From assembly GCA_030390025.1 (NCBI GenBank), contig CM059432.1:1-64000 (forward strand): a DNA stretch of 64,000 nucleotides, given 5' to 3'. Under the pieces are notes generated by a model that saw only the letters and a program-made list of their open reading frames with translations, had not been told where the DNA came from and ran no database searches. This document shows, piece by piece, positions 61,269 to 64,000 of the stretch; within the stretch, counting starts at the first letter, position 1; each line of letters begins with the position of its first letter. The stretch comes from Squalus acanthias. Taxonomy: Eukaryota. Both the position numbers and the translations under genes were made by a program.

Positions 61269-62037
61269 GGGGGAAAATTCAGTTGGTTGGCGCCTCCTGT
61301 TAGAGCCTCCGGGGGGCGCTAACGGGGCGCGCTAACGGGGCGCTAGGAACTTAGTGCCCGAGCGCAGCGATTTTAGCGGCACTCGCGAAATTGACCAGTC
61401 ATTTTGCGGCGACGCTAAACACTACCGTCACGATCTCCTGCGCCCACAAATCGTGACGTCAGTCAAGCGTGCAACGCCCCGGTAGCACCCCAGACCGGAT
61501 ATTGAGTCGCGCCCCCTGCCTTAGCGCCTGCCGCTAGGAACAACAGGTAGAGGGGATCGTTTTCAGTTCGAGAAGGGGCTGGGGAAACGCTATTTTAACG
61601 CTGTCCTAAGGAGTTTTGGCCCTCAGCACCACTTTTGAGGTTCCTAAGCGCCGAGCTCTTTCCCTGGGTCGAACCATTAGTGCTTCCAACACAATTGCTT
61701 TAGAGGTCTCTGCAGGCCGAGATTGAAGGCTGCAATGAGCAGGGAGTGGCTGGCTAGCAAGATGGTCCCTCCCCTTTAAGAACTGGACGGCGCCAGTCTG
61801 TCTGGCTTCCATGGTAACTGGCATTGCCTGAGCTTCAGTAGCGTTCTGAGGTAGCGCCTCGCTCCCCGACGTTAGCGCCCTAAGAGAGGAGTGTAGCGCC
61901 TGATTTAGAGCTCCAATCACCTCCAGGGGCGATAGAGGCGAATTTTGCAGTCGGAGGTGATAATTAGCGCCGGGCGCTAAACTTTGTGCCCGGCCGATAT
62001 TAGTGCCCCAAAATGGCCGATACCCAATTACTCCCCC
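61269..62037. mobile_element. Non-autonomous DNA transposon (Harbinger-like MITE) inserted in a minus-strand CR1 3' fragment (61132-62700)
   Basis: GGGGGAAAATT / AATTACTCCCC termini with CR1 sequence continuing on both sides. It is CpG-rich with repeated TAGCGCC motifs. Confidence 0.6.
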
Positions 62038-63122
62038 CGAGAGTCCATAAATTTCTCGATCTCAGCCTTGAATAAACTCAACGATTCAACATCCACAGCC
62101 CTCTGGGGCAGAGAATTCCAGAGATTCACCACCCTCTGAGTGAAGAAATTTCTCCTCATCTCGATCTTAAATGGCCGACCCCTTATCCTGAGACTATGCC
62201 CCCTAGTTCTAGACTCTCCAGCCAGGGGTAAACATCCTCTCAGCATCTACCCTGTCAATCCCCTTCAGAATCTTGTATGTTTCAATGAGAAAACCTCTCA
62301 TTCTTCTAAACTCCAGAGAGTATAGGCCCATACTACACAATCTCTCAGCATAGGACAGCCCTCTCATCCCAGGAATCAATCTAGTGAACCTTCGTTGCAC
62401 CGCCTCCAAGGCTAGTATATCCTTCCTTAGATAAGGAGACCAGAACTGTGCACAGTACACCAGGTGTGGTCTCACCAAGGCCCTGTACAATTATAGTAAG
62501 ACTTCCTTATTCTAATTCTCCAACCCCCTTGCAATAAAGACCAACATGCCATTTGCTTGCTGTACCTGCATGCTAGCTTTCTGTGTTTCCTGTACGAGGA
62601 CACCCAGATCTCTCTGAGCACCAACATTGAACAGTTTCTCACCATTTAAAAAAGATTCTGCTTTTCTATTCGTCCTAACAAAGTGAATAACCTCACATTG
62701 ATTATTAACCCTTAACTCTCCAGGATGTCCAACAGGGATTCTCTACGCCAGTCTCCCCGCCTCCCCCACCCCCCACTTTCGCAGCAGGTGGGCCACAGAA
62801 GCTTGCCATCCATTTCCCCCTCACTTCCGCCTCACTTTCAAAAAGTCTTAATCGCGCCCGTATAAAGCTGGCCTCTGGGTTGCTAGACACTGCTCCGAAG
62901 GTGGAAGAAATCTAAGGGGAAAATCTCTCAGACGCCTCCTTTCTCGGGTGACAGGCTCAAGTCTCATAACTCAGAACCCTGACACCGGGGATTAGCATCG
63001 AGATTCTTCTCTACGGAGTAAGATATCGGACAGGAGGTGAATCCTGAAGTACGGTAGCCTAGTGGTGATGTTACTGGACTAATAATCCAGAGGACATGAG
63101 TTCAAACCCCACCGTGGTTCTT

Positions 63123-63640
63123 AAACATAAGAACATAAGAAATAGGAGCAGGAGTCGGCCATTCGGTCCCTCGAGCCTGCTCCGTCATTCAATAAGATCA
63201 TGGCTGATCATTGACCTCATCTCCACTTTCCTGCACTATCCCCATATCCCTTGATTCCCTTAATATTCAAAAATCTATCGATCTCTGTCTTGAATATACT
63301 CAACGACTGAGCCTCCACAGCCCTCTGGGGTAGAGAATTCCAAAGATTCACCACCCTCTGAGTGAAGAAATGTCTCCTCATCTCAGTCCTAAATGGCCGA
63401 CCCTTTATTCTGAGACTGTGACCCCTGGTTCTAGACTCCCCGGCCAAGGGAAACATCCTCCCTGCATCTATCCTGTAAGAATTTTGTATGTTTCAATGAG
63501 ATCACCTCTCATTCTTCTAAACTCTAGAGAATATAGGCCTAGTCTGCTCAATCTGTCCTCATAGGACAATCTCCCCATCCCAGGAACCAGTCTGGTGAAC
63601 CTTCTTTGCACGCCCTCTATGGCCAGTATATCCTTCCTTA
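63123..63640 (-). mobile_element. CR1 3' fragment interrupting a tRNA-derived SINE (head 63051-63120, body 63641-63913)
   Basis: ORF 63217..63456. A/B-box-like TAGCCTAGTGG and GAGTTCAAAC lie upstream. Confidence 0.75.
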
Positions 63641-64000
63641 GGTAAACATGACCAAGAAGCTGTCAGATTGTCGTAAAAGCCCAACTGGTTCACTCATGTC
63701 CCTTTAGGGAAGGAAACCTGCCGTCCTTACCCGGTCTGGGCCTATAGGTGACTCCAGTCCCACACTAACCTGCTTGACCCTGAACTGCCCCATGAAGTAG
63801 CCCAGCGAGACACTCAGTTGTATCAGACCTGCTATTGGGGAACTGGTGATGGGCAAAAGACGTCGGCCTTGCCAGCGACGCCCACATCCCGAGAATGAAT
63901 AAATAAATAAAAAGTGCTTGAGAGCGAGTTGAGAGGAATTGTGAATGACAAAAGGAAAATGTTAAATCACAACAGAAAATGCTGGGAACACTCAGCAGGT

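Overview
Repeat-dense vertebrate genomic DNA. The HE1-type V-SINE, Deu-type SINE pieces and abundant CR1 LINEs point to a cartilaginous fish. Two host genes are visible. The first is the first two coding exons of a UBA-domain gene on the minus strand (4206-4189 and 1248-1142), which the ORF track misses. The second is a divergent 372-aa cytoplasmic-type actin on the plus strand (35769-35891 + 44901-45896) that keeps only its first coding intron. The main finding is a complete but mutated endogenous retrovirus-like provirus at 13891-23512. It has 716-bp LTRs, a GGGG target-site duplication (TSD), a primer-binding site (PBS) and a polypurine tract (PPT). Its gag carries a CCHC knuckle, and its pol carries protease, RT, a dead RNase H tether plus a second intact RNase H, and integrase. 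It also has an extra membrane-protein ORF and an env whose layout resembles paramyxo/pneumovirus F proteins. Together these fit a lokiretrovirus-type element. It lies in a multi-level nest (minisatellite < CR1 < CR1 < provirus < solo LTR). Other content includes a Penelope element and derivatives with hammerhead ribozyme cores, RTE elements (one with an inverted 5' part), Harbinger-type elements, solo LTRs, large mini/microsatellites and a local duplication at the right edge. All family assignments come from reading motifs by eye; no searches were run.
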